Below, piece by piece: positions 49,118 through 58,120 of a stretch of DNA of 64,000 bases; within the stretch, counting starts at the first letter, position 1; each line of letters begins with the position of its first letter. Under the pieces are notes generated by a model. That model searched no databases and was not told the origin of the DNA. It saw only the letters and a list, made by a program, of their open reading frames with translations. The position numbers and the translations under genes were made by a program. Source of the stretch: Pseudomonadota bacterium (lineage in GTDB: Bacteria; Bdellovibrionota_F; JAHFAK01; JBDREC01); assembly GCA_043820105.1 (NCBI GenBank), contig JBDREC010000099.1, positions 1 through 64,000 on the forward strand. The letters are read 5' to 3'.

Positions 49118-50581
49118 ATGGATGCAAAAAGAAAAAGATTGTATTTGATCGGTGGAGGCTTGCTTCTATTGATTGTCATAGCTAATAATTCTTCAAAGGA
49201 AGATAAAGCATCAGATGAAGTTTCCAATATTCCCAAAGAAGAAACTTATGAATTAAATTTAAAAATTCCAGAAGCTGTAGATCAAGGGTATGATGATGAA
49301 TATTATGAAGATGAAAACACAGATAAAGATACAATAGTATCTCCAAGGTTACAAAAATGTAATGACTTATGGTCATATGCCTGTAATATTGAAGATGAAG
49401 ATCTCCTTGATGATCATTCTGGATTTTACAATTCAAAAACTGGCTTTTCAAATGTTGGTATTGTTAAGAAACAAACCATGGCAGTTTCAAAATTTATAGA
49501 TAATTTTTGGAATTTGTATTCTGAATTTCAAGTTGAAGGGAAGGAATGTAAGACTTTAGTTGATAAATTTAAAGCACGATTTGAGGAGATGGATGTAGAT
49601 AATTGTAAAACTGACAAAAAAAAGTGTATGGGTGATAAAAATTGTGAGCTAAGTGTTCACTATTATTGTTATTATCTGGCTGAAAGGGCTTATATTAGAG
49701 GTTTTGATAAAGTTCCTGATTGGGAAGTTTATGAATACAATGCTCTAAAGGCTTGTCGTAAACAAGTTTACCTCTCCATTTATGATAAATATTATAGATA
49801 TAAAGAAAATGAAGTTTCAAGACTTTATAAAAAAGCTATGCGATACGCAATAACTGTTATTGAGAGGGAATTGCCAGGAAGCAGTGCAGATTTCAGGTCT
49901 TTAATTCTTAGCACTGATTTATTATTAGGAGATATTTTAGATCATCCGGATTTTTATGGAGCAAATGAAGGTCTTATGTTTGATCGGATTATTTTCAGAA
50001 TGGATAACGCTTATTTTGCTGAATCGCACAGATATAATTATGTTTCTATAGGCCTATCTGTCATTAATCGATTTTGGAGCAAAATGGCTATTCTATATAT
50101 TTTAGGACATGAGATGGGGCATAATTTTGATCCAATGGTTCATGCAATTGATTTATGCGGTTTTGGAAATAAGAGTAAAAAACAAGCAGATGATAATAAA
50201 AGAATGGAAGGAAAGTATTATCCAAATCCCATAACCTGTGCCTCTGTACCTTCTGAACTTAAAGCTAAATCTAAAGAACTCATTAAGGTTATTGATCTAG
50301 CTTCTTACGCTAAGGTGAAAAAAGGGGAAACACACAATTATTCTTATCTTGGCGAGCTATTTGCTGACTGGTTTGGAATTATGATTTTGAATGAGTATTT
50401 CAAAGATAATTCTGTTTCTCTTGAAGATAGAAGAAGAGCTATGTTGAATATTTCACGTCTTATATGTGATAATGATGCTAAAAAAGAGGGTGATGTTCAC
50501 CCAAAATGGCAAGATCGAGTCAATAAGCTGATGAGAAAGTATCTTGAAAGACCTGATGAGCTTTATATGTGCATTAAATAG
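49118..50581 (+). CDS. Membrane-anchored HExxH zinc metalloprotease-like protein
   Basis: N-terminal TM, Cys-rich region, NAY, ILGHEMGHNFD, GELFADWFG, HP...R. Confidence 0.7.
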   Translation: MDAKRKRLYLIGGGLLLLIVIANNSSKEDKASDEVSNIPKEETYELNLKIPEAVDQGYDDEYYEDENTDKDTIVSPRLQKCNDLWSYACNIEDEDLLDDHSGFYNSKTGFSNVGIVKKQTMAVSKFIDNFWNLYSEFQVEGKECKTLVDKFKARFEEMDVDNCKTDKKKCMGDKNCELSVHYYCYYLAERAYIRGFDKVPDWEVYEYNALKACRKQVYLSIYDKYYRYKENEVSRLYKKAMRYAITVIERELPGSSADFRSLILSTDLLLGDILDHPDFYGANEGLMFDRIIFRMDNAYFAESHRYNYVSIGLSVINRFWSKMAILYILGHEMGHNFDPMVHAIDLCGFGNKSKKQADDNKRMEGKYYPNPITCASVPSELKAKSKELIKVIDLASYAKVKKGETHNYSYLGELFADWFGIMILNEYFKDNSVSLEDRRRAMLNISRLICDNDAKKEGDVHPKWQDRVNKLMRKYLERPDELYMCIK

Positions 50582-50719
50582 TTGCTGGTTGCAGCTTGTT
50601 AGTTGCTTAGTAAGTTGGTTTTTTTCCATTTGCGATCAAGTGTATATGCATGTTTTAACCTTGCATCTTAAAAATATTTACTTTATATGATTTCCTGGTT
50701 TACTAACTAATGGTGGCTT

Positions 50720-51400
50720 ATGAAGGGCAAAATATTAATCATTGAAGATGATAAAGACCTTAACAATCTATTGCAATATAATCTTAAAAGAGAAGGATTT
50801 GAAGTAGATTCGTTTTATTCTGGTAAGGGAGCAATTGAAAGAGTGCATGAATTTAATCCTGATTTAATTGTTCTTGATATTATGCTTCCAAAAACTTCAG
50901 GCTTTAAAATTTGTAAGCAGCTTCGTGAAAAGCCTGATACTGAGAACATACCTGTTATTATGCTTACTGCAAAGTCCGAAGAAGATGATCGGGTTAAGGG
51001 TTTTGAGCTAGGTGCTGATGATTATGTTACAAAGCCTTTTAGTCCCATTGAACTTATGCTGAGAATTAAAGCTGTTTTAAAAAGAACGTCATCATATAAA
51101 GAAGAAAAAACAAAGTTTAGGATTGGTAAATTAGTTGTTGATGAAGAAAGAACAGAAGTGAAAGTTGGTGCTGAGGTTATTCAGTTAACTTTAACAGAAT
51201 TTAAGCTTTTATTATTTTTAATCAAAAACAAGGAAAAAGTTTTTTCAAGAGAAGATCTTTTAACTTCTGTTTGGGGTTATTCTGACATTACAGAAACAAG
51301 AACAGTTGACACTCATATTAAAAGACTGAGGCAGAAGCTCTTTGATTCTGGAGATTATATTAAAACTATGCATGGTCTGGGGTATAAGTTTAGTGTTTAA
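50720..51400 (+). CDS. phoB: OmpR/PhoB-family response regulator
   Basis: ILIIEDD, PDLIVLDIMLP, MLTAKSEE.DRV.G, GADDYVTKPFS, TRTVDTHIKRLR. Confidence 0.8.
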   Translation: MKGKILIIEDDKDLNNLLQYNLKREGFEVDSFYSGKGAIERVHEFNPDLIVLDIMLPKTSGFKICKQLREKPDTENIPVIMLTAKSEEDDRVKGFELGADDYVTKPFSPIELMLRIKAVLKRTSSYKEEKTKFRIGKLVVDEERTEVKVGAEVIQLTLTEFKLLLFLIKNKEKVFSREDLLTSVWGYSDITETRTVDTHIKRLRQKLFDSGDYIKTMHGLGYKFSV

Positions 51401-52523
51401 CTCCATTCTCTTGACCCTTGTTTCTCTTCTTTTAATTTCAACAAGTATATTTGTCTATTTTCATCTTCAAAATAAAAGAAAAATGTCTCGTTATAGGCGA
51501 GAACGAAATCTCTTAAATGCCATTTTAAAAGGTATGTACGAAGGTGTTATTGTTATTAATTCTGAAGGACATGTTGTTTTAGCAAATGATTCTATGAAAA
51601 AGATTTTTCCAATTCCTTTGGAATATAAAAACAAACATTTGCTTGAAGTTATTAACAATTCTCAAATATACCAGTTGTTTGATGAAATAAGGGATGGTGC
51701 TGAATTTGTTTCAAAAGAAGTCAAGGTTAATGAGGAAGAGGATTTTTCCTTATATGCAAATCTATCAGCAATTTCTCAAGATAAAAAAATTGATGCAGTC
51801 GTTGGTGTTTTTCATAATATCAGCAAAATTCGAAAATTAGAGAAAATGAGAAGATATCTAATTGCAAACTTGAGTCATGAGTTCAAAACACCCCTTGCTT
51901 CTATAAAGGGATACTCTGAGACTTTATTAAGTGGTGCTTTAGATGATAAAGAAACAGCAAGGCAATTTATTAAAATAATAGAAAAAAACTGTAATTTTCT
52001 AATTAAACTAATTGAAGAGATGCTACAACTATCAAAGCTAGATACAGGCCAATATAAAGTCGAATATAGTGACATAGTGTTTCCATCTTTTGTACATGAG
52101 GTTATAGAAGGTATTGAACAAACAAATTTTAAAAATGTTACAGTAATTAATGAAATTGAAAATGTAGCAGTTCCAGGTGATGTGCAGGGAATGAAACAAG
52201 TTTTTTCAAATTTAATAACAAATGCCTACAAATATAATAAGCAAGATGGTGCCTTGCGTATCTATTCTGAAAAGGAAACTACTGCCGAAGGTCGCTATAT
52301 TACATTTATCTTTGAAGACACAGGACTTGGAATACCAGCAGAAGATGTGAATCGTGTTTTTGAACGCTTCTATCGCGTTGAAAAAGCAAGATCACGCGAT
52401 ATGGGCGGAACAGGATTAGGCCTATCCATTGTCAAAAACATTGTCAAAGCCCACAAAGGAAAAGTCTGGGTCGAAAGCATCGAAGGCCAAGGCTCAAAAT
52501 TTTTCCTAAGATTGCCGCTTTAA
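51393..52523 (+). CDS. phoR: PhoR-like sensor kinase (TM, PAS, HisKA, HATPase)
   Basis: ANLSHEFKTPLASIKGYSETL, NAYKY, EDTGLGIP, RVFERFYRV.K.RSR..GGTGLGLSIVK; likely GTG start overlapping phoB. Confidence 0.82.
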   Translation: MFNSILLTLVSLLLISTSIFVYFHLQNKRKMSRYRRERNLLNAILKGMYEGVIVINSEGHVVLANDSMKKIFPIPLEYKNKHLLEVINNSQIYQLFDEIRDGAEFVSKEVKVNEEEDFSLYANLSAISQDKKIDAVVGVFHNISKIRKLEKMRRYLIANLSHEFKTPLASIKGYSETLLSGALDDKETARQFIKIIEKNCNFLIKLIEEMLQLSKLDTGQYKVEYSDIVFPSFVHEVIEGIEQTNFKNVTVINEIENVAVPGDVQGMKQVFSNLITNAYKYNKQDGALRIYSEKETTAEGRYITFIFEDTGLGIPAEDVNRVFERFYRVEKARSRDMGGTGLGLSIVKNIVKAHKGKVWVESIEGQGSKFFLRLPL

Positions 52524-52540
52524 TCAGCACTTCTCACATT

Positions 52541-52762
52541 TATTTTTTATGAAAATCTTAGGGAAGTTATTTTAAAAAGGGCATGCGCCCCAGTCGGCCC
52601 ACTCAGTCGGAAAAAGCTATTATTTTCTAATTTATAAAAGCTTCATTCTTACGCTTTTAAAAATAAGAAAATAATAACTTTTTCCTCCTTCGTTGGGCCT
52701 CCTTCCTGGCTTTTAATGCCCTTTTTAAAATAACTTCCCTAAGATTTTCTATATAAAAAATA
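52541..52762. mobile_element. ~220-bp long hairpin (REPIN-like) element, family B
   Basis: 34-bp perfect inverted arms (GAAAATCTTAGGGAAGTTATTTTAAAAAGGGCAT) plus a 10-bp outer stem beyond a 3-nt bulge; nested inner stems. Confidence 0.75.
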
Positions 52763-52871
52763 CTCATTTGGACATATCTTACAACATGACAGTGTTGAAA
52801 ATCATTAATGTGATGAAACCTTATCGGTTATCGGTTTGGGTTACGATCCCCGCCTTCAATTCCGCACATTC

Positions 52872-53108
52872 CCTGATTTTATTAGAAAAGCAAGAAGAGT
52901 TTAACTCAAAAAAAGTGTATCGGAGCCAGACCAGCATGGTTTTTCCTGGCAGAAGTTAAATGAACCTAGTTTATATAATTGAGTGTAATTATTTAATTTC
53001 ATTTTACTTATGCTTGGAAAATGGGCTGGCGAGATCAAGGGCAAAATCTCGCAGGGATTTTGACTCGTCTTTTTTTGAGTTAAACTCTTCTTGCTTTTCA
53101 AAATCAGG
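52872..53108 (+). mobile_element. ~237-bp long hairpin element, family A copy 2
   Basis: Aligns end to end with the reverse complement of 21946-22189; its own arms are perfectly complementary. Confidence 0.75.
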
Positions 53109-53116
53109 CAATTAGT

Positions 53117-53602
53117 TCACTTAGGAAACTTTTCTCCGAGTTTTTGAGCTACAAATTTGGGGACGTAATATTGTACATTTCCCCAATTTCGTGCAATATC
53201 TTTCACCATGCTAGATGAAACAAAAATATTTTTGGGGTGTGTTAGTAAGAAAATGGATTCAACGTCTGGGTTTATGTTTTGATTTGCCATTCCTAGTTGT
53301 AGTTCAAATTCGAAATCTGTTGCAAGACGTAAACCTCTAATTATTGCTTTACAGTTGTGTGATTCTGCAAACTCAATTAAAAGTCCATCAACGGAATCAA
53401 CTGTAATGTTTGAGAATTCCTTTATTGATTGGGTACACATTTCTATTCTATCTTCTACAGAAAAAAGATAGCTTTTAGCTTGATTATTTCCAACACCTAT
53501 AATTATTTCATCAAAAAGCTTTAAGCCTCTTCTGATAATATCTATATGTCCATAGGTAATTGGATCAAAGCTTCCCGCATATACTGCTTTTGAAGGACTC
53601 AT
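53117..53602 (-). CDS. coaD: Phosphopantetheine adenylyltransferase
   Basis: AVYAGSFDPITYGHIDII, IIRGLR..TDFEFE, VSSSMVK. Confidence 0.97.
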   Translation of the reverse strand: MSPSKAVYAGSFDPITYGHIDIIRRGLKLFDEIIIGVGNNQAKSYLFSVEDRIEMCTQSIKEFSNITVDSVDGLLIEFAESHNCKAIIRGLRLATDFEFELQLGMANQNINPDVESIFLLTHPKNIFVSSSMVKDIARNWGNVQYYVPKFVAQKLGEKFPK

Positions 53603-53613
53603 GATAATCTCAC

Positions 53614-54342
53614 TTATTTCAAAAAGTGTCTTTTAATGATATTTAAAAAGTCATTTGCAAAATTATCCATTTCACTTGAAATGACTTTAATTTTATTGAT
53701 GAAGTAATTATAAAAAATAACGGCTGGAATTGCTGCAAATAAGCCAACAGCTGTTGCTATTAAAGCTTCAGAAATGCCTGGTGCAACTACAGCTAAGGAA
53801 GTGTCATGCGTTTGCCCAATATTGATAAATGAATTCATAATACCCCAGACCGTTCCAAACAAACCAATAAAAGGAGCAGAAGAGCCTGTTGTGGCTAAAA
53901 ATGAAATCATTTTTTCCATTGCTGTGATTTCTTGTGTAGTTGCTGATCTCAATGCTCTTTGAATATTATCAATTCCACCAAGTTTTACTCTTAAAGTGCC
54001 TTCCTCTCCATGTGGCAGATGGCTTCTTGTTGATGCATTTTTAATATTTATAAGTTCAATGTAACCAGCTTTAAATACTTCTCCAACTGGGCAGTTTTTA
54101 AATCTTTTGGCTGCATCATAAATTGTATCGAGTTTCTTGCTTTCCCAAAAAATATTCATGAATCTATTGGATTCGCGTTTTGCTTTTTTTAATAGTCTAT
54201 ATTTTGTGAGTATTATTGCCCAAGATAAAGTTGAAAAAATAATAAGCAATAAAAGAACCAGTTTTACAACCAATCCAGATTCCATTACAAGTTTGAAAAT
54301 ATCAGAACCTGAAGCAGCTGTTTGTAAAGCACTTATATCCAT
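53614..54342 (-). CDS. tolQ: TolQ/MotA/ExbB proton channel protein
   Basis: SWAII..K, F...FW, LATTGSSAPFIGLFGTVWGIM, VAPGISEALIATA.GL.AAIPAV; start reassigned to ATG 54342 (AGGTG RBS). Confidence 0.9.
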   Translation of the reverse strand: MDISALQTAASGSDIFKLVMESGLVVKLVLLLLIIFSTLSWAIILTKYRLLKKAKRESNRFMNIFWESKKLDTIYDAAKRFKNCPVGEVFKAGYIELINIKNASTRSHLPHGEEGTLRVKLGGIDNIQRALRSATTQEITAMEKMISFLATTGSSAPFIGLFGTVWGIMNSFINIGQTHDTSLAVVAPGISEALIATAVGLFAAIPAVIFYNYFINKIKVISSEMDNFANDFLNIIKRHFLK

Positions 54343-54489
54343 TGGCACCTTTTTATTAAAAATTAAAATAAATTTAGAATAGTTATGTATTACAATGATA
54401 AAAATATGCAAGGTTAAAATATAAAAAATCTTGACTTTCAGAAGAGTAAAAAATTTACTTACGACTTACGACTTATTATAGGAGCTCTT

Positions 54490-55242
54490 ATGTATCCAGT
54501 TATTTTCCAGTGGGGAAAGATTACAATTGCTAGCTATGGAACCATGCTTGTGTGTGCTTTTCTGACTTGTTATTTTTTAACTAAATATGAGTTTAAAAGA
54601 CTAAATTTACCGGAAAAATTGGTTGAAGATCTTATTTTCTTTGCCATGATTGGTGGAATTGTTGGTTCAAAAATATATTTTTTATTTGAGAATTTTAAGG
54701 CTTTTTTAGATAATCCAATAAAAATGGCTTTTTCAACTTCAGGTTTTACGGCCTATGGTGGTTTTTTCCTTGCTGTAATGCTTTGTATTTATGCAATTAA
54801 AAAGGCAAAGGTTAAAATAATAACAGTCACTGATGCCGTTGCCCCAATGCTTGCTATTGGATATGGAATAGGGCGCATAGGCTGCCAATTAGCAGGCGAT
54901 GGCTGTTATGGCATTCCATCAAGTTTACCTTGGGCTATGGCATATCCAAATGGTGTTATTCCTACTTTACAGGCTGTTCATCCAACACCTGTTTATGAAA
55001 CTATTTATGGAATAACTCTATTTGCAGTTCTTTGGTTACTGAGAAAAAAAGATTTTAAACCTGGAAGACTTATCTCAATTTACTTGATTTTTACAGGCCT
55101 TGGAAGATTGCTAGTAGAATTTATTAGATTAAATGAAAAGGTGTTATTTGGTTTAACCGGAGCCCAGGTAATTGGCATTGTAGCCATTGTTTTTGGGATT
55201 TGGGGTGTATACAAGACACGAAAACAAAAAGTAAAAGCTTGA
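54490..55242 (+). CDS. lgt: Prolipoprotein diacylglyceryl transferase
   Basis: MYP..F, YGG, GRIGCQLAGDGCYG, LPWA, HPTPVYE, R..VEFIR. Confidence 0.93.
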   Translation: MYPVIFQWGKITIASYGTMLVCAFLTCYFLTKYEFKRLNLPEKLVEDLIFFAMIGGIVGSKIYFLFENFKAFLDNPIKMAFSTSGFTAYGGFFLAVMLCIYAIKKAKVKIITVTDAVAPMLAIGYGIGRIGCQLAGDGCYGIPSSLPWAMAYPNGVIPTLQAVHPTPVYETIYGITLFAVLWLLRKKDFKPGRLISIYLIFTGLGRLLVEFIRLNEKVLFGLTGAQVIGIVAIVFGIWGVYKTRKQKVKA

Positions 55243-55248
55243 AAGGTT

Positions 55249-56463
55249 TTATAACAGGTTTTTTAACGATGATTTTGCTTCATCAATTACTAGTTGAAGT
55301 TTTTCCGGGCAATTTTCAATAACTTCCATGTTTTTAGAGCAAATTGCCTTGCCAATATAGGATTCCATATCTAATAAATTGCAGATTCCTTCTTCCAGAT
55401 TGTTAATTTTATTTTTATTAATAGCACATTTTTCATTAAGGGCTACAAAGAGTTCCTTCCAGGTTGATATCATATTAAAATTTCCATTATTATCAAATTG
55501 ACAGTTTGTTTTTAAGAAACCCAATAATTCAGGATTGTTGCAAATATTATAAACAGAGTTATCAATAAAGTAAGAAATGATATTATAATCATACCAGAGA
55601 TTTTCTGGATTTATTGAGTTAAAATATTTGTTTTCAACTATGGCTTCCATATAAGCTATTTGGTCTTCCTCAAAATCAAGAGCTATTACCTTAAGGTTTG
55701 AGAAATCTTTAAATCCAGTAAAAGGATCTTCATTATCCAGGTTATTTTTTAGAATTAAGGAACCCTGGAGTAATGTATCTGTATGAGATTTTAATTCTAT
55801 TGTGCTTTTATAGCCATCGCCTTCAGAGCAGGAGATTAAATATTTACTAGAATAATCTTCGGAAGAATTGAGGACAAAATCGATTTTGTCAATAAAGCTA
55901 AACTTTTCTTCAAAGAGATTATTATACAATTTCATATTAATCTTTACTGCAAGTTCTTTTGCTTCTGTATCTGAAAGTTGAATCTGGGCTATGAGCATAT
56001 TGTTTTCATTGAAGTAAGAATATGTATCTATAAATCCATCAGTATTTATTTTAATTTCGATTTTCGAATCCTCTATCTTTTGATTTTCTTCCTTGTTTAT
56101 GGAGGCAATTAGCTGTTTTTCTAATTCTTCTAAACAAGACCTTATTATAATGATTTCATTTCCAAATATATTTTTGGGATTATTGTCAGAGGTTTCAGTA
56201 TCTGAACTTTCTACTTCATTGAAATGCTTATCCCAATCAGCAAGAAATTTAGTTAAGATATTGTTTTCTATGTCCTTGCTTTTATGTATAATAAGTTCGT
56301 TTTCTGTTATTTCTTCATCTTGATGGACTTGTGCTTGTTCTTTCGAATCTTCCCTTTGATAGCTATTGTCATTATAATAGTTAGCATCATTTTCGATTGA
56401 AGAATTTATACATGAAATAAAGGAAAATATAGCGAAAACCATGATAAGCAGATATCTTTTCAT
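55249..56463 (-). CDS. Acidic lipoprotein of unknown function
   Basis: Start at MKRYLL (ATG 56463, GGGG RBS), lipobox FISC. Confidence 0.65.
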   Translation of the reverse strand: MKRYLLIMVFAIFSFISCINSSIENDANYYNDNSYQREDSKEQAQVHQDEEITENELIIHKSKDIENNILTKFLADWDKHFNEVESSDTETSDNNPKNIFGNEIIIIRSCLEELEKQLIASINKEENQKIEDSKIEIKINTDGFIDTYSYFNENNMLIAQIQLSDTEAKELAVKINMKLYNNLFEEKFSFIDKIDFVLNSSEDYSSKYLISCSEGDGYKSTIELKSHTDTLLQGSLILKNNLDNEDPFTGFKDFSNLKVIALDFEEDQIAYMEAIVENKYFNSINPENLWYDYNIISYFIDNSVYNICNNPELLGFLKTNCQFDNNGNFNMISTWKELFVALNEKCAINKNKINNLEEGICNLLDMESYIGKAICSKNMEVIENCPEKLQLVIDEAKSSLKNLL

Positions 56464-56593
56464 TTTTACCCCAAACTTTAGAACTGAAAAACAGTTTAAA
56501 ATCAAACCATTATTACTAGTTGAAAAGTTTTTTGTGATTTATCTTCTATTTATGATTCTATCAAAGATTAGTTAAAATAGCAAATTGAAGCGT

Positions 56594-57988
56594 TTATTGT
56601 TTAAAGCTAGCTTCTTTTTTGAAAAGCGTTTGATCTTTTGCATAAACTAATGCTGTTTTTCTTGTGATTAGACCTTTTTTAATGAGATTTATTAAGGAAT
56701 GATCAAGTGTATGCATTCTATGTTTGCCACCTGTAATCATAGAATTACGAATTTGATCATAACTTTTTTGTCTTATTTGATGAGCAATTGCAGGTGTAAC
56801 AACTAAAACTTCTGTTGCTGCTATTCTTGATGTACCCTCTTTTGTGGGAAGCAATACCTGAGAAACGATTCCCCTTAAGACATCAGAGAGTTGAATTGAA
56901 ACCTGTGCTTGATGGTCACTTGGAAATATATCAATAATTCTGTTAATACTTGATACTGCATCAGTTGTATGCAAAGAGGTTAAGACAAGATGGCCTGTCT
57001 CAGCTGCTGTTAATGCAATAGCCATAGATTCAAGGTCTCTGATTTCACCTATTAAAATTACATCAACGTCCTGTCTTAGGGTGTGTTTTAATGCATTTTG
57101 GAAATTGTGAGAATCCAGTCCAATTTCTCTTTGCTTGATGATACTTTTATTTGAAGAATGTAAATATTCAATTGGATCTTCCAGGCTTGTAATAAGGCAT
57201 TTTCTTTCTTTGTTAATGAGGTCAATCATTGCTGCCAGGGTTGTACTTTTTCCGCTTCCTGTTGGTCCGGTAACAAGCACAATTCCATTTGGTTTTAAGG
57301 CCAGCTCTTCGAGTACAAGAGGAAGGCCAAGTTCTTTTATTGTTTTTACTTTTGATGTTATAAATCTGAATGCTGCACCCAGGCTTCCTTTTTCTTTATG
57401 CACATTAACTCTGAAGCGGCCAGTGTCATTAGAGTAAGAAATATCAAGTTCAAGGTCTTTTTCAAACTTTGCTCTTTGGTCTTTTGTGAGAAAACCAGTA
57501 ATTATTTCTTCAATTTCAGTTGCTTCAAATTTTTTTGTTTGAATAGGGACTAGTTCACCAAATACTCTCATATATGGATATTGTCCTGAAATAAGGTGAA
57601 CATCTGATGCATTTTTGCTAATAGCAGTTTGTAAGATTTTATCTAAATCTACAGTTTGTACATATTTCTTTATGAAATCTACATCTTCTTCTGAGATTTC
57701 AGTGAAATTAATTCCAAGGCCATATAATTTATTTTCTTTTATTTCCTCAATCCATACTATTTTACCTTTTGCTTCAAGGAATTCCTTGTGCCAAGGAATT
57801 TTAATTGTCATTTTTAGAACAGTAGATAATGGAATCGGCTTTGAAACATATAGAAAAATTCCACCTTCACTTAAGTTTTTTAATAAAGTTTCAGACTTTT
57901 GCTTGGATTGATTTTCTTCTGAACAGTATACAACTCTGAGTTTAGCTGGCACACGAGTATATTTTCTTCTATCAAGATAATTATCCAT
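56594..57988 (-). CDS. pilT: PilZ-PilT fusion (type IV pilus retraction ATPase with N-terminal PilZ domain)
   Basis: PilZ RRKYTR and NLSEGG; PilT ASDVHL, RFRVN, GPTGSGKSTT, EDPIEY, DVILIGEIRD, AAETGHLV..SLHT. Confidence 0.88.
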   Translation of the reverse strand: MDNYLDRRKYTRVPAKLRVVYCSEENQSKQKSETLLKNLSEGGIFLYVSKPIPLSTVLKMTIKIPWHKEFLEAKGKIVWIEEIKENKLYGLGINFTEISEEDVDFIKKYVQTVDLDKILQTAISKNASDVHLISGQYPYMRVFGELVPIQTKKFEATEIEEIITGFLTKDQRAKFEKDLELDISYSNDTGRFRVNVHKEKGSLGAAFRFITSKVKTIKELGLPLVLEELALKPNGIVLVTGPTGSGKSTTLAAMIDLINKERKCLITSLEDPIEYLHSSNKSIIKQREIGLDSHNFQNALKHTLRQDVDVILIGEIRDLESMAIALTAAETGHLVLTSLHTTDAVSSINRIIDIFPSDHQAQVSIQLSDVLRGIVSQVLLPTKEGTSRIAATEVLVVTPAIAHQIRQKSYDQIRNSMITGGKHRMHTLDHSLINLIKKGLITRKTALVYAKDQTLFKKEASFKQ

Positions 57989-57994
57989 GTACTA

Positions 57995-58023
57995 ATTATC
58001 TAAATAAAATATAGAGTTGTCAA
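57995..58023 (-). promoter_or_regulatory. sigma70 promoter TTGACA-N17-GATAAT, likely leaderless start of pilZ-pilT
   Basis: -10 ends 6 nt before ATG 57988; no RBS. Confidence 0.55.
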
Positions 58024-58120
58024 CATTTGATATTTTTAATCAAAATAAATTGCTATTGATATTTATAAATTTATGACATAAATTTTAATAAACTATGTAA
58101 TAAAGGTAAAAGATATTAAT

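Noticed and set aside
52768-52850. Possible Pho box downstream of phoR (TGTCAT/TTTCAT half-sites)
   Set aside because: Half-sites are spaced about 9 nt rather than 11 nt and there is no downstream gene to regulate
21946-53108. Family A copies as ends of one 31-kb composite mobile element or inversion
   Set aside because: The enclosed DNA is mostly housekeeping genes, the copies are diverged and no recombinase is present; independent insertions are more parsimonious
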